This document shows, in pieces, positions 24,881-37,377 of a stretch of DNA of 64,000 nucleotides. The notes beneath the pieces were generated by a model. The model saw only the letters and a list, made by a program, of their open reading frames with translations, searched no databases and was not told where the DNA came from. Origin of the DNA: Octopus bimaculoides (Eukaryota). A program made the translations under genes and the position numbers. The stretch's first letter is position 1. Every line of letters starts with the position of its first letter. Location: NCBI RefSeq assembly GCF_001194135.2, contig NC_068983.1, positions 68,490,950 to 68,554,949 on the forward strand, in the 5' to 3' direction.

Positions 24881-26021
24881 ATGTTCAGATTAATTCTGCA
24901 GGCATAGTTATCATAAACATGAGGCTAAACAATAACAACGACCAGTTTAAGAGTCCTCCTATTTACAAACATCTAGCTGTTAATCCACCATCCCTTAATT
25001 GTTATGGAAAATGTTGTGAAGTAGAATATGAGTATACCACCAACATAGCTACAACTTATCAGCTGTAAAAACAAGTAAAAGAGTACAAGAATATAGAATT
25101 CACAACTGATACTTATTTGGAAATCTCACACCAACAAAGTTATCAAGGGAGAAACTGAAAATATTTCTTTACCCAGATTCAGAATATTCTTTCTTATCAA
25201 CACTGAGATAATGTAAATCTTAATAATATCTTATGCAACTGAACACAACTTGTAACATTACAATTAAGATTGGCATATAAAGTTGTGACTGTGAACTACA
25301 AAGGCCATCATCGTCATTGTTGTTATTGTCATCACATCATCATTGTTATCATCATCATCATCATTAGCATCAGCAGTTGCGTGCAGACATATACAAAAGT
25401 AGGTTTACAGTTATCATGTAGGCACTTTAAATTTCTTTTAAAACATTTTATTACATTTAAATTTCTATCTTACAAACTGAAAAGGGAGCTTGATAAAATT
25501 AACTAAATTAACATAGAATAATGGTTTCCTATTTTCTTATAATTATGATCATAAACTGTTCATATATGAATGTGAAAGAGATAGTTAAATAACTGTAAAC
25601 CTACTTTTGGGCTACCTTATATAAATTAAAGCAAAGGAAAAATGTAATTACAGTAATTATAATTGTGTCTTTTTCACAAGAGTGATGCATTTGTGAACAG
25701 CATAATGATAAATTACAAAAATGGCAAGGTTTTGCTGCATTGAGTATGAGAAACCAGGCATAAAAAAAACAAGAGTATAAAAGATTAAGGAATGAAATGT
25801 TTCAATGGAGTAATAGTCACCTTGGATGAAATATGGAACCTAACAGAGCTTGGATTACCCTTACTGTCAAAAACTAGTACCCCATTTCAGCTATGTTCTC
25901 CAGCCTAAAGGAACATACTGATAGTAAGTCCATTCATTGGGCCATGCTTCCCAATCTCACTCACATTTCAGCAAATTTATTGGTAGACAGCCCCCCCTCT
26001 CTCCCTCTCTCTCTCTTCCTC

Positions 26022-26062
<41 letters not shown>

Positions 26063-26072
26063 NNNNNNNNNN

Positions 26073-26108
<36 letters not shown>

Positions 26109-26149
26109 CTTCTCTCTCTTTCCCCCTTTCTATTTTCCCCCTCACCTTC

Positions 26150-26650
26150 TTTTCCATATGAAACTCGAAGAAGTTCAAGAGAGGCTTGACTGAAGAAGAA
26201 AGACTCTATCCTTAGGTCATTCATTCTTCTCCGTTACACAAATTCTTTTTCTATAGCTTTTATACAGGAGAAAACTGACAACCTTTTCCTACCAAAGAAA
26301 GGCAGCAGGATGATCCTTGCAATAACCTCAGAAATAAGTGGATTAAACGTACGCAAGAAAAGGTGTCAGAAAATAAAACCAATAAAATACCTGGGTCTAT
26401 TCTTCTCCCTCCGTTCCTACTTTCCTCCCTCTAAATTGACTACATTGTTCTGTGAGAAGGTTAATGAGACTATTCACATATCTCTTTCTCCAAAAATGAA
26501 GAAGCGTTTAGCTAGAGGTTAGTCATCTCATCTCAAGAAAAAAAACTGATTTGCTACTGGGACCATCCAAGGACAAACCAATGGGACAGAATGGAAATAA
26601 TGAAGGATAAAAAATATAAACAAGATATTTCAAGTCAGAGATATCAACTG
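26150..26650 (+). pseudogene. Possible ancient L1-like RT remnant
   Basis: ISGLNV...IKYLG and YWDHPRTNQWDRME resemble L1 ORF2 motifs; highly degenerate. Confidence 0.35.
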
Positions 26651-27581
26651 TCCGAACCAACTTGATTAAGGATTTCTTATACAAGCATCAGATTGTAAAA
26701 GTACAGTCAATTAAATTGACTTCAGTACTTAAGAAGGACTGGTTATAGTTTGATTCTAGAAATGAAAAGGAAAGTCAAACTTGGTGGAATTTGAACTCAG
26801 AACTTTTGCACTTATCATCTAACCTCAAAAGCTACCTGAGACATATCCTCTCTTGTTATACCATTTGATGAAGGAAAACTACCAACTCTTTCCTTCTAAA
26901 AACCACAAGATGATACTTATAAGGGACTCAGACATGAGTAGAATAAACATAACAAGAAAAGGCTTCAAAGAATAATAAATGAAATACCAGTAAAGTACTA
27001 GAGTCAATTCAGTTGACTTTTTGATGGGTGGGGGTAAGTAGGGTAGGATAAAGTAGAATGATGTAGGAAACTTATTGTGGCTTTCTTCTGGAGTGATGAA
27101 ATGCAATAACCAAACTTAACAGAATTTGAAGTAAGAATAATGAGGCCTTAGACTTGAGACAATTAGCTACCAAGTTCACATGTGTGTGTGTGTGTGTGTG
27201 TGTGTGCATGCATGCGTGTGTGTGTGCGTGCGTGCATGTGTGTGTATTTTTCTCCAGTGTTTCTGAGCCAAGTCTTTTACCCAGTAATAATCTGAAATAC
27301 TCTACCAAATTACATCACAGTAGAATGCTCTTGAATTGATCATATTTGTTATGAAAAATCAATAAAATGGTTGAACATTAATAGTATCCTTTTCTGTTAT
27401 TAGTCATACTAAAATATTCAGTAGGACTTATTCTTCCTGGAGAACAATAACTTTTTTCTCTCCTAATTCTATAACATCAACATACAGAATTCTAAACCAA
27501 AGAACGTTGAATGAGAAGTGGTAAACACCATTGTTTTGAGTGCTTAATCATATAAGCGGAATAAAGAGAGTCTCCTTATAC

Positions 27582-27639
27582 CAATGTAAAATTTTGTGGC
27601 CCTTCAACAAAGATGGTGGATGGCAGAATTGGTGGGGCT
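27582..27639 (-). CDS. Possible exon (APPILPSTIFVEGPQNFTL)
   Basis: Acceptor ttttgtccAG, donor GTATAA, 58 nt; not phase-contiguous with 28911. Confidence 0.3.
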
Positions 27640-27931
27640 CTGGACAAAATGCATTGTGCTATTTAGTTGTATCTTTTATGTTCTGAGTTAAAATCCTGTC
27701 ATGGTCAACTTTGTCTTTCATCCTTTCAAAGTCAGGAAAGTAAGTTATGGTCAAGAATGGTGGTGGGCAAATAAAGGGACAACATTCTTTGCCCCAAATA
27801 TGAAGCTTTGTGCCAAAGATATGTCTCATAAAGTACACAGTTCCCACCCTTAAAAATATACATCTTTCAAAGTTCTAGTTTGTGAATGTATGGCCAATGC
27901 TGGTTTCTGGTTGTGTATATAAAGATGTGAG

Positions 27932-28008
<77 letters not shown>

Positions 28009-28910
28009 CATGCATCCCTGATGAATACTTACAACATCCTATCTATGCTAGGCTTAAATTCTATGGTTGGTTATCATAGAAATCCTTATTTGTTTCATTT
28101 GTAGACACCAACACAAACACTACCATTATAAACATCACCCTCACCACTGCTACTAATACCATCAATACCATTAATAACATCACCACCATAACCACCACCA
28201 CCACCACCACCACTGCTGCCGCCAATACAAACACCATTATTAATAACATCACTACTACAATCCAACACCATCACCACCACAACCACTTTCATCACCCATA
28301 CCGGAAAAAAACATTACCACCACCAATTCCACCAATACCACCACCACTTTTAATACCCTACCACCACAACCATCGCCAACATCACTACCACCTTTGTGAC
28401 CAATAATACCAATATCAATGATGTTACCAATATCAAAAGACAGTAAGACAGTTTCTATGCAGTGCTTGATCTACTGGAAATTGCAACAAAATTTCCCACA
28501 ATCCACACACTACTATCTTAAAAATAGGACATATTAAATACTCTGTTGTGTTAAATTTTAAGGCACAATAAGAAAATGACTCTCCCCAGACACAACAGAA
28601 TATGCTTCAACACACGAAATCATAAAAAATCTTGCAAACCAAATCCAGAAACGAAATATTAAATACTGTTATTTTAGATACACAATTTCTGAGAAAAAAA
28701 GATGGGATAGTCAAGGCTGGAATGACTTTGATCAAAGGTCTGTTCAGTCAAGACTCATCTAGGGTTAAATAGCAACATCATCATCAAACAAGACCATTGC
28801 CACTACTGTTGCAGCTACCTTGACAACAGTAGTAGCAGTGGTAGTGTTACTGGCAGTAGGGGTTACTCAATAACAACAACAACATCAACCTTTTCTGAAT
28901 CATTTCACAC

Positions 28911-29024
28911 AATGCGACTGCTGTTCAATGCAAAGCTGCAGTTGTGTGTATCTAATTCTTCTTTTCTCTCTATTTGGTTAGTTTTCTCATCAAACATAAG
29001 TTTGCCAACAAAAGGCTTTTCTCC
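28911..29024 (-). CDS. Possible exon (GEKPFVGKLMFDEKTNQIERKEELDTHNCSFALNSSRI)
   Basis: Acceptor atttttcaaAG, open 38 codons in phase 0; weak donor GTGTGA. Confidence 0.3.
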
Positions 29025-31145
29025 CTTTGAAAAATGTACAATGTATGAATCACACGCCAACCTGTAATGGTCCTTGCATTGCTGTGGTACAACATTGGTT
29101 TCTGAGTGGAAACAGGGAGTTTATAGCAGAGACAACCACTGGCCACCTGTGGGGATGGGTGCAGAGGTGAGATTGCCAAGTATATTAGATATTAGACTAC
29201 CTATTCATAGTTCATGCGTTCAAATCCACTATTGGAGTTTCATTGTGTTTCTGAGAAGAACACTTTATTCTACATATATGAATTTATCTAGGAATAGACA
29301 GGCACCCTGTCCAGGGAAGATTTGGCTTTTGTCCATTCAATACTATGAGTCTAGAGAAAAGGGTAGCAGTAGTAGTGGTCATATTTTCTTTTTAACCCCA
29401 GGCCAGCTCTGACTGAGCAGATCTATGATGAGATACATTTCAAATATAACCATTCCATCCTTCTCTTGGGCATTAAGCATCTAGGACTACATTAGCCACT
29501 ATCCTCTTTTATTTTAAAGACATAAAGGTATCATTCTAAAGAAATCTAGCTGCTTTTTCCAGCAAATCAAGCAACCATATAAAAGCTCCAGCTGTTGTTA
29601 TTGTTTAACCTCAATAAACCCTGACTAAGCTGGCATATGTTAAAAGGCATTCCAATTATGACCAGCTCATTTTTTGGCCTACAAGTAAGAAACCCAAGAT
29701 TATATTATACAGTGTGTACTTTTCTAAGATGGTCGATTTGATTTAAGGAATAATTAACAGTTATTTTTAGAAAGTTAAGTAACCCATATAATGGCTCCAA
29801 TGATCTATGGGTATGGTCAAGTTGTTAAGAACTTCACTATGCAATCAGAAAGTACCAGGTTTGATGTCACGTATGACATCTTAACAATTTTTTGATTAAA
29901 GAGGCTCAGGGTATGGTTGTGTGATTAAAGAAGTTTGCTTCCCAGCCACATGATTTTGAGTTCAGTCTCACTGCAAGGCACTTTGAGCAAGTGTATTTTA
30001 CTTTAGCCTAGGGTTGACCAAAGCTTCGTGAGTGAGTCTGGTAGACACTGACAGACAGAAACCCATCATTCATATATATATATATATATATATATCGAGA
30101 TTGTTGCTATTTTTGAGCGAGATCGTTGCCAGTGCCGCTGGACTGGCTCTTGTGCAGGTGACACATAAAATACACCATTTTGAGCGTGGCCGTTGCCCGT
30201 ACCGCCTGACTGGCCTTCGTGCGGGTGACACGTAAAAGCACCCACTACACTCTCTGAGTGGTTGGCGTTAGGAAGGGCATCCAGCTGTAGAAACTCTGCC
30301 AAATCAGATTGGAGCCTGTTGTTGCCATCCAGTTTCACCAGTCCTCAGTCAAATTGTCCAACCCATGCTAGCATGGAAAGCGGATGTTAAACGATGATGA
30401 TGATGATGATGATGATGGGTATGTTGGTGCAAATAGGAAAAATGGAACTCCAATTATGAGTATTTGTATGCTTTTATTAATATTTAGCAGAAGCAACAGA
30501 GTGATTCAAGGTTTAAGAGTTTCGTGTGTTGGCACTTATCAACACACACACATACATATATATCTGCATGTGTGTGTTAGCATCACCTCGTCATGATTGT
30601 CGTAAACAAGCATCACCATCATACAAGTGATGTCCTTCATATCCAGTCTTCCATGAAAATATGCCTGGTTTCTAACCAAGGTGAAATATTAATTTACTTA
30701 GATACAAGTGAGGATTGGCAACAGGAAGGTCATCCAGCAGTAGAAAATGTGCCTTACTGAATTTCATCTGACCCATGCAAACTTGGAAAGTCAGATGTTA
30801 AAATGATGATGATTACATCTCAGTTTGGCCAAAGCCATTTAAGTTAAACTGGACAAAGGGAAACAGTATGGAAACGTAACTGATGAAGTGTATATCATCA
30901 TCATCCTCATCGTTTAACGTCCGTTTTCCATGCTAGCATGGGTTGGATGATTTGACTGAGGACTGGCAAAACTAGATGGCTACACCAGGCTCCAATCTGA
31001 TTTGGCAGAGTTTCTACAGCTGGATGCCCTTCCTAATGCCAACCACTCAGAGAGTATAGTCCAACCACTCAGAGAGTGTATTTATATATATATGTTTAAA
31101 TATATTTTTTTACACCAAAAATTTGGCAAAAGAATATAGTCATTT

Positions 31146-31210
<65 letters not shown>

Positions 31211-31298
31211 AAGTATTTTCAATATATATATGTATATATAATCCAAAATACTGGCTAAGGCATACATTGAACCATGCTGATTCTGGCTGAGGACTATG

Positions 31299-32174
31299 TT
31301 AACCTTTTAGCATTCAGATTACTCTGTCAAATGTAATACTTATATTTATTCACAGTGTTTTGAATTAACCATTTAGGATTTGAACTGACCATAGGCGTAG
31401 GAGTAGCTGTGTGGTAAGTAGCTTGCTTACCAACCACATGGTTCCAGGTTCATTCCCACTGCATGACACCTTGGGCAAGTGTCTTCTACTATAGCCTCGG
31501 GCCGACCAAAGCCTTGTGAGTGGATTTGGTAGACGGAAACTGAAAGAAGCCCGTCGTATATATGTGTATATATATATGTATGTGTGTGTATATGTTTGTG
31601 TGTCTGTGTTTGTTCCCCCAATATCGCTTGACAACCGATGTTGGTGTGTTTATGTCCCCGTAACTTAAGGGTTCGGCAAAAGAGACCGATAGAATAAGTA
31701 CTAGGCTTACAAAGAATAAGTCCTGGGGTCGATTTGCTCGACTAAAGGCAGTGCTCCAGCATGGCCACAGTCAAATGACTGAAACAAGTAAAAGAGTAAA
31801 AGAGTAAAGAGTATATCAAGTCTAAATACTCTACTTGACTTATGTTCAAACCAGACAGATCTGGCCTCTCACACCTGTCCTACAATGCTGTTCTAAAAAT
31901 AAACAATTACATCATTGAAACCTTGAAGCTATGAGATAATACATAATTAATTCAAAACAACGTGAATAAATAAGCATTACATTTGACCAAGTAATCTGAA
32001 TGCTAAAGGGTTAAACAGGTATTATCTTATAGCTGCAAGATTTTAATGATGTAATTGTTTATTTTTAGAACAGCATTGTAGGGCAGGTGTGAGAGGCCAG
32101 ATCTGGCCAGTTTGAAGATAAAACAGGTAGAACATTTGGGCTAGATATGGCCAGTTTAAATGCTAAAGTGTTAA
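31299..32174. mobile_element. Nested TTAA MITE in TTAA MITE, with SINE A innermost
   Basis: Outer plus copy 31299-31368 plus 32011-32174; inner minus copy 31365-32014 with a duplicated TTAA. Confidence 0.75.
31394..31812 (+). mobile_element. SINE family A (full length), inserted in a TTAA MITE
   Basis: Reverse complement of 965-1364; (GTAAAAGA)n tail. Confidence 0.9.
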
Positions 32175-32322
32175 GGGTGCACAAGTACGTGGAATACTCA
32201 ACCACTTTTATGCTAATTCAGGGTGTAGGTAGTCCAGTTGATTAAACAACTCTAATACACATCATTCTGACAAAGGATTCACATACTGCACTGTTTTATG
32301 GTAAATATGTGTTTGGGTGTAT

Positions 32323-32359
<37 letters not shown>

Positions 32360-32991
32360 TGTGTGCACGTGCACGTGTGCTGAAGGTGTTATTTCTTCCA
32401 TACAGGAAGTGTTTTTGAGATTGAAATTGTAAAGTTATTGAAACAGTCAGAGAGGAAGGAGTGGTAGCAGTGGTTTTGGTGGTAGTGGTGATGGTGATGG
32501 TGGTGGTGGGGAGTTGTCGTTGTTGTTGTTGGAAGTAATGATAACGCTATCAGTTCCTGCTACAACAATACCAATCAATACTTCCTATATAGAATATATT
32601 CAGAACTGTTGAGTCAGTCACAGAATTACTTTTGGAAAAAAAGAAAAAAAAAGGTGTCTGAAATGGAATTAATGGATCAAAGTGAAATTGATTTATTTAT
32701 AGTGGTGGCGGTGGATATGGTGGTGGTGCTGCAGCTGGTGGTATTGGTGGTAGTGGATATGGTGGTGGTGTTGCAGCTGGTGGTAGTGGTGGTGATGGTG
32801 GCAGTGGCGGTGGTGGTGGTGTTGGTGGTGGTAGTGGTGGTGATGNNNNNNNNNNNNNNNNNNNNNNNNNNNNNNNNNNNNNNNNNNNNNNNNNNNNNNN
32901 NNNNNNNNNNNGTGACCAATGTAGTGATCATTGAGGTAGTGGTGGTAGCATAAGCAGAAGTGATCACAGTAATACTAGTGATTGTTAAAGC

Positions 32992-33208
32992 AGCAAGCTG
33001 GCAGAATCGTTAGCATGCCAGGCGAAATGCTTAGTGATAATTTCGTCTGTCTTTACATTCTGAGTTCAAATTCCACCGAGGTCGACTTTGCCTTTCATCC
33101 TTTCGGGGTCGATAAATTAAGTACCAGTTGCGTACTGGGGTCAATCTAATCGACCAGCCCCCTCCCCCAAAATTTCAAGACTTGTGCCTAGAGTAGAAAA
33201 GAATATTA
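32992..33208 (+). mobile_element. SINE family C
   Basis: GCAAGCTGGCAGAATCGTTAGC...GAGTTCAAATTCC (B-box-like)...AGAAAAGAATATT. Further copies at 9880-10090(-), 45305-45515(+), 46590-46785(-) and 39655-39790(-). Confidence 0.85.
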
Positions 33209-34384
33209 ATGATTGTGGTGGTAGTAGTGACAGCAGCTATGGTAGTGATGGTGGTATTAGTGGCAGTGGTGGTGGTGGCGTTGTTGTTGTTGATGGTGGT
33301 GGTGGTGGTGGTGGTGGTGGTGATGGTGGTGATGGTGGTAATATTAGCTGTGGTAATGATGACAATAGTAGTAATGGTTGTGATGGTGTAAGGGATGATA
33401 GGGAGAGAAGTGTAATGAACAACAAGTGGTGGTGGTGGTGGTGGTAGGAGGGATTTGTGTAGGGGTAGATGAGTAGGGGAATGTATAAAGAGTAATGGCT
33501 AATTGTGGTTTGGGCTGCTGGATGGGCAAGTGAATGAAAAGTGATGGTTAAAGTTTTAGGGTAGGGGAGAAAATAGGCAGGTGAGGTTGGGTAGATGATT
33601 AAACGCAAGGTGAGAAATTATACAAGCAAGGAAAAGGTGTTGCTCAGGTGAGGGTGGGATGTCCCTATTTTTATGGGTTTTTTTTTGTTTTGCATTGTTT
33701 TGCTTTTGTTTTTTTCTTTTTTTTCTTCGCAGTCAAATTATTCAAACAGAACAAAAAAAATACAAGAAACCCCTGGTAATAAAAACAATATATTTAACAA
33801 GTAAAGAAATGAAAAAAAAAATTTTATTCTGTTTATTGTTAGCTTTGTGCACTTTATTGTGCTTTATTCTGGTCTATTGTGGTTTATTGAAACATTCTCC
33901 ATGCGAAAACAGAATTGCTTTGTTGCTTCTCTTCTCTCAGGTAATTATGCTTCAGGTGCAATTGGTCATACTTTACATCATCATCATCATCGTTAACCTC
34001 ATCTTTACCACCAACAACAAACACTACCATCATCATCACCACCACTACCAGTTCCAGCACCCCCACTCCCACCACCATTACCATCATTATCATTGTCATC
34101 ATTTTCATTATTAGTATCATCATCATCATCTCATTGTTTAGTCATTGCTTTTATGCTAATCTTTGTTTTCAACCATAACCACCACGTTCAACATCAGCAA
34201 CAATATCTTTTTTCAATCATTGCTTACCACTACTCTCTTCATCACGAGGGTGGCAGTGGTGATGTCTTTCTCCATAACCCTCAATTACTTCCACTGAAGT
34301 TGACACCATTGCCACTCTGATCATATCATTATTGTCAAAATCATCGTTACTTTCACCATTATTAGACTCCTAATTCTCCATATT

Positions 34385-34416
<32 letters not shown>

Positions 34417-34848
34417 TGTTGTCATTGTCATTATCATCATCAACATCATTGCCATCGTCATCGTCATCGTTATTGTCAATGTCATCATTGTTGACGTGAT
34501 CATTATTGTCATCATCATCTCAATCAATCAAGTAATTACCATTGATACTAATCACTGAGGTGCAGTAGGGGAATTCACAATAATAAGTGTTCATGGCACA
34601 GTTTCAGTATCCAGTAGGCAGAGAAACAAAGCACCATACATGCCTTTTGTTGCTCCAACAAGTCATTTATGAATTTCATCAATTGTTGCACTCACAGTTG
34701 TGCCATATACGCTCATGGTCTTAAACATGATGAGTTGAAACTCATGGCACATCACTGCTTGATCATATTTGATAGTTTCGCATTGTTCTACCAGTGTTAC
34801 AGTGCTAGAATCTTCAGTCTATAAGGGTGTAATATGTGTTCGCACATC

Positions 34849-35365
34849 AGACACTAAACTCCGATTGCGAAGACCTGTTGAGGCAAGTGAAATCGAAATC
34901 GAACTAAATTCGACGACTGACTCCCATGCCAACGTCGTCTCCTTCATTGGACACTAAACTCGGCTTGCGAAGGCCTGTTGGGGCAAGCGAAAGTGAAAAC
35001 GTGATGGCACCTGTGCCCAGCGTCGCCTTCCTGGCACTTGTGCCGGTAGCACGTGTAAAGACATTTGAGCAAGATCGTTGCCAGTGCCGCTAGACTGACT
35101 CCTGTGCAGGTGGCACGTAAAATACACCATTTTGAGCATGGCTGTTGCCAGTACCGCCTGACTGGCCTTCGTGCCGGTGGCACGTAAAAGCACGCACTGC
35201 TCTCTCGGAGTTGTTGGCGTTAGGAAGGGCATCCAGCTGTAGAAACTCTGCCAAATCAGATTGGAGCCTGATGTAGCCATCTGGTTCACCAGTCCTCAGT
35301 CAAATCGTCCAACCCATGCTAGCATGGAAAGTGGACATTAAACGATGATGATGATGATGATGATG
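34849..35365 (+). mobile_element. RTE 3'-UTR-derived element (family B) with tandem hairpin/pseudoknot modules
   Basis: CCTTCATTGGACACTAAACTC is shared with the UTR after the RTE ORF at 61230; (GAT)n tail. Shorter copies at 2965-3198, 17764-17975, 30095-30415, 30895-31075(-), 42380-42870(-), 44330-44535 and 51140-51340. Confidence 0.8.
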
Positions 35366-35437
35366 TATCCACCACAGTAATATCCCATACAAGACATCAG
35401 CCCCATTGCTAAGGAATTCAAGTTAAACTGTCTAGCC

Positions 35438-35777
35438 CAGTGGTTCTCAATCAAGGTTCATATGACCACCGGGGGTCCATGTAAGACTTCTGGGGGTCCA
35501 CACAAGCAAAATAGTAAGCTGGGGATCTACAGTAGTTCGTTAAGGGTCCATTAAAAAATTTTACTTTAGATGTATTTATTGCAAGAAACACCTAGGTTTC
35601 TTTCTCAAATGTTTTACATAGTTCAACCTATGCAAGTTAATGAATCAATAACAAAATAGGAATTTTGAAAGAAGTATCTATAAAACTAGTTTTTGAACTT
35701 TGAATGGTTATGGGGGCCCACTAGAATAGAATAGTAATCAAAGGGGTCTATAGGCAAAAAGTAGTTGAGAACTACTG
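35438..35777. mobile_element. hAT (Charlie-like) MITE
   Basis: TIRs CAGTGGTTCTCAA / TTGAGAACTACTG. Confidence 0.7.
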
Positions 35778-35894
35778 GCCTTGTCTTACCCTCTCTTACT
35801 AACACATCCTTTTATAGCTTCTTCTATAGGTATAAAATTTAGTTATATATTCGTTTATTTGGATCAGTGTCTTCATCTTGATTATTATAGTTAC

Positions 35895-35940
35895 AATACA
35901 ATGTTTCATCTGTTGTAACTTCCAGCCTTCTTCAGGTACC
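35895..35940 (-). ncRNA. Diverged hammerhead motif of the same family as 46953/47303
   Basis: Minus strand reads GGUAC-CUGAAGA-A-GGCUG-(10 nt)-CAGAU-GAAAC-AUU-GUAUU. Downstream CAAGATGAAGACA..ATCC matches CAAGATGAGGACA..ATCC of the 47 kb copies. Confidence 0.6.
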
Positions 35941-36381
35941 TGTTGTCATCGTAATCACTATCATTGTCATTGTTGTTATCATCATCTTTGTTGTCATCAT
36001 CATCTTTGTTGTCATCATCATCTTTGTTGTCATCATCATTTAATGTGCACTTTTTCATGCTTGCATGGGTCAGACACAATTTGTTGAAGATTTCCCACAG
36101 TTGTATGCCCTTCTTGTAGCCAACCATTACCTGCTTCCAAGCAAGTTGAAATTTTCTCATAGCTAGCCATGTTTTTCACTAAAGNNNNNNNNNNNNNNNN
36201 NNNNNNNNNNNNNNNNNNNNNNNNNNNNNNNNNNNNNNNNNNNNNNNNNNNNNNNNNNNNNNNNNNNNNNNNNNNNNNNNNNNNNNNNNNNNNNNNNNNN
36301 NNNNNNNNNNNNNNNNNNNNNNNNNNNNNNNNNNNNNNNNNNNNNNNNNNNNNNNNNNNNNNNNNNNNNNNNNNNNNNNNN

Positions 36382-36612
36382 GATATAGAATATGGAATAT
36401 ATAATATATAATATAAAAATGGATGGTACAATGAAATGAAGTATTGAATGTCTTATTGAATATATGAAATATTGAGTGTTCAATATAAAGAACACTCAAT
36501 ATTTCATATATTCAATAAGACATATTTCATATATTCAATAAGACATTCAATACTTCATTTCAGTGTACCATCCATTTTTATATTATATATTATATATTCC
36601 ATATTCTATATC
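36382..36612. repeat. AT-rich foldback with ~100-bp arms and a 10-nt spacer
   Basis: Arms are reverse-complementary; the right arm carries an internal ~24-bp duplication. Confidence 0.8.
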
Positions 36613-37131
36613 CTACATTAATTTTATAAGAATATAAATAAAACATAAAAAACAGACAGAGTTGGAACTCTTTTAAATAAAATAATATAGTCCTCTATAC
36701 ACGATCATACAAAACCCTTCTTTTGTATTTATTTTTACTCACATGTATATATATATATATATACATGTGTGTGTACATGTACAGAATTGCTGATCCAAAG
36801 ATTGAACTCTCACCTACCAGTTAAAATGCAATGCTCAACACAATGTTTATTTTCACTATTTCTTACCACAGTCTCTTAGGTGATAGAAATAAGGAGCTTT
36901 AAATATGACATTTTTATTTTTTAGCCAATGACCATAAAAAAATTATCTGCAACTTAAAAGTGGAGCTGAGTCATAGACTGAGTCTCTCTAGGAGCTCAAT
37001 TTTACAGAATGTCAATCACCATGTCTTTAAATAAGTGTTGTTATTCATTAACTGGCTAAGTTTTCTAAATTTCATAACATTTCTGAACTGTTTATGCCTC
37101 CAATTTTTAATCGTATACAAGAAGAGTTTAC

Positions 37132-37204
37132 CTTCCCATACATCAGGAAGGGATAAAGGTGTCTATCATTAGATATTGATTGCTTCTGACTTGGCACAAT
37201 GCCA
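37132..37204 (-). CDS. Candidate coding exon (SGIVPSQKQSISNDRHLYPFLMYGK)
   Basis: Acceptor ctttttctcatcaaaacAG, donor AAG|GTAAAC, 73 nt; the only open frame matches the previous exon across a 115-nt intron. Confidence 0.6.
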
Positions 37205-37319
37205 CTGTTTTGATGAGAAAAAGGTACATCTTTGCTTATCTTTTATTCATAAACGCAAGATTCATTTAGTGTTTTCACAGTATGTAAAAAGTCCATTCAA
37301 GCGGGAAAATCATGCTTAC

Positions 37320-37377
37320 CTTGACCAAACAGATCGATGGATACGCACTGGTATCAGGGTGATTTTCTGGTTATAAC
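37320..37377 (-). CDS. Candidate coding exon (GYNQKITLIPVRIHRSVWS)
   Basis: Acceptor ccctttgtttctAG, donor AAG|GTAAGC, 58 nt, single open frame, phase 1-2. Confidence 0.6.

Noticed and set aside
24730-25068. 112-aa plus-strand ORF
   Set aside because: The first half is SINE family E sequence and the remainder has no recognisable motif.
33733-33775. Plus-strand exon-like segment after a long pyrimidine tract
   Set aside because: All three frames are open in A-rich low-complexity sequence, the tract is a T-run, and there are no supporting plus-strand exons.
34765-34822. Minus-strand CTGAAGA...GAAACTATC
   Set aside because: Stem I does not pair and stem III lacks G16.2.
36866-36895. 30-nt minus-strand exon candidate (PYFYHLRDC) with GTAAGA donor
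   Set aside because: Phase 1 start is incompatible with the phase 0 end of 37132 and the acceptor is weak.
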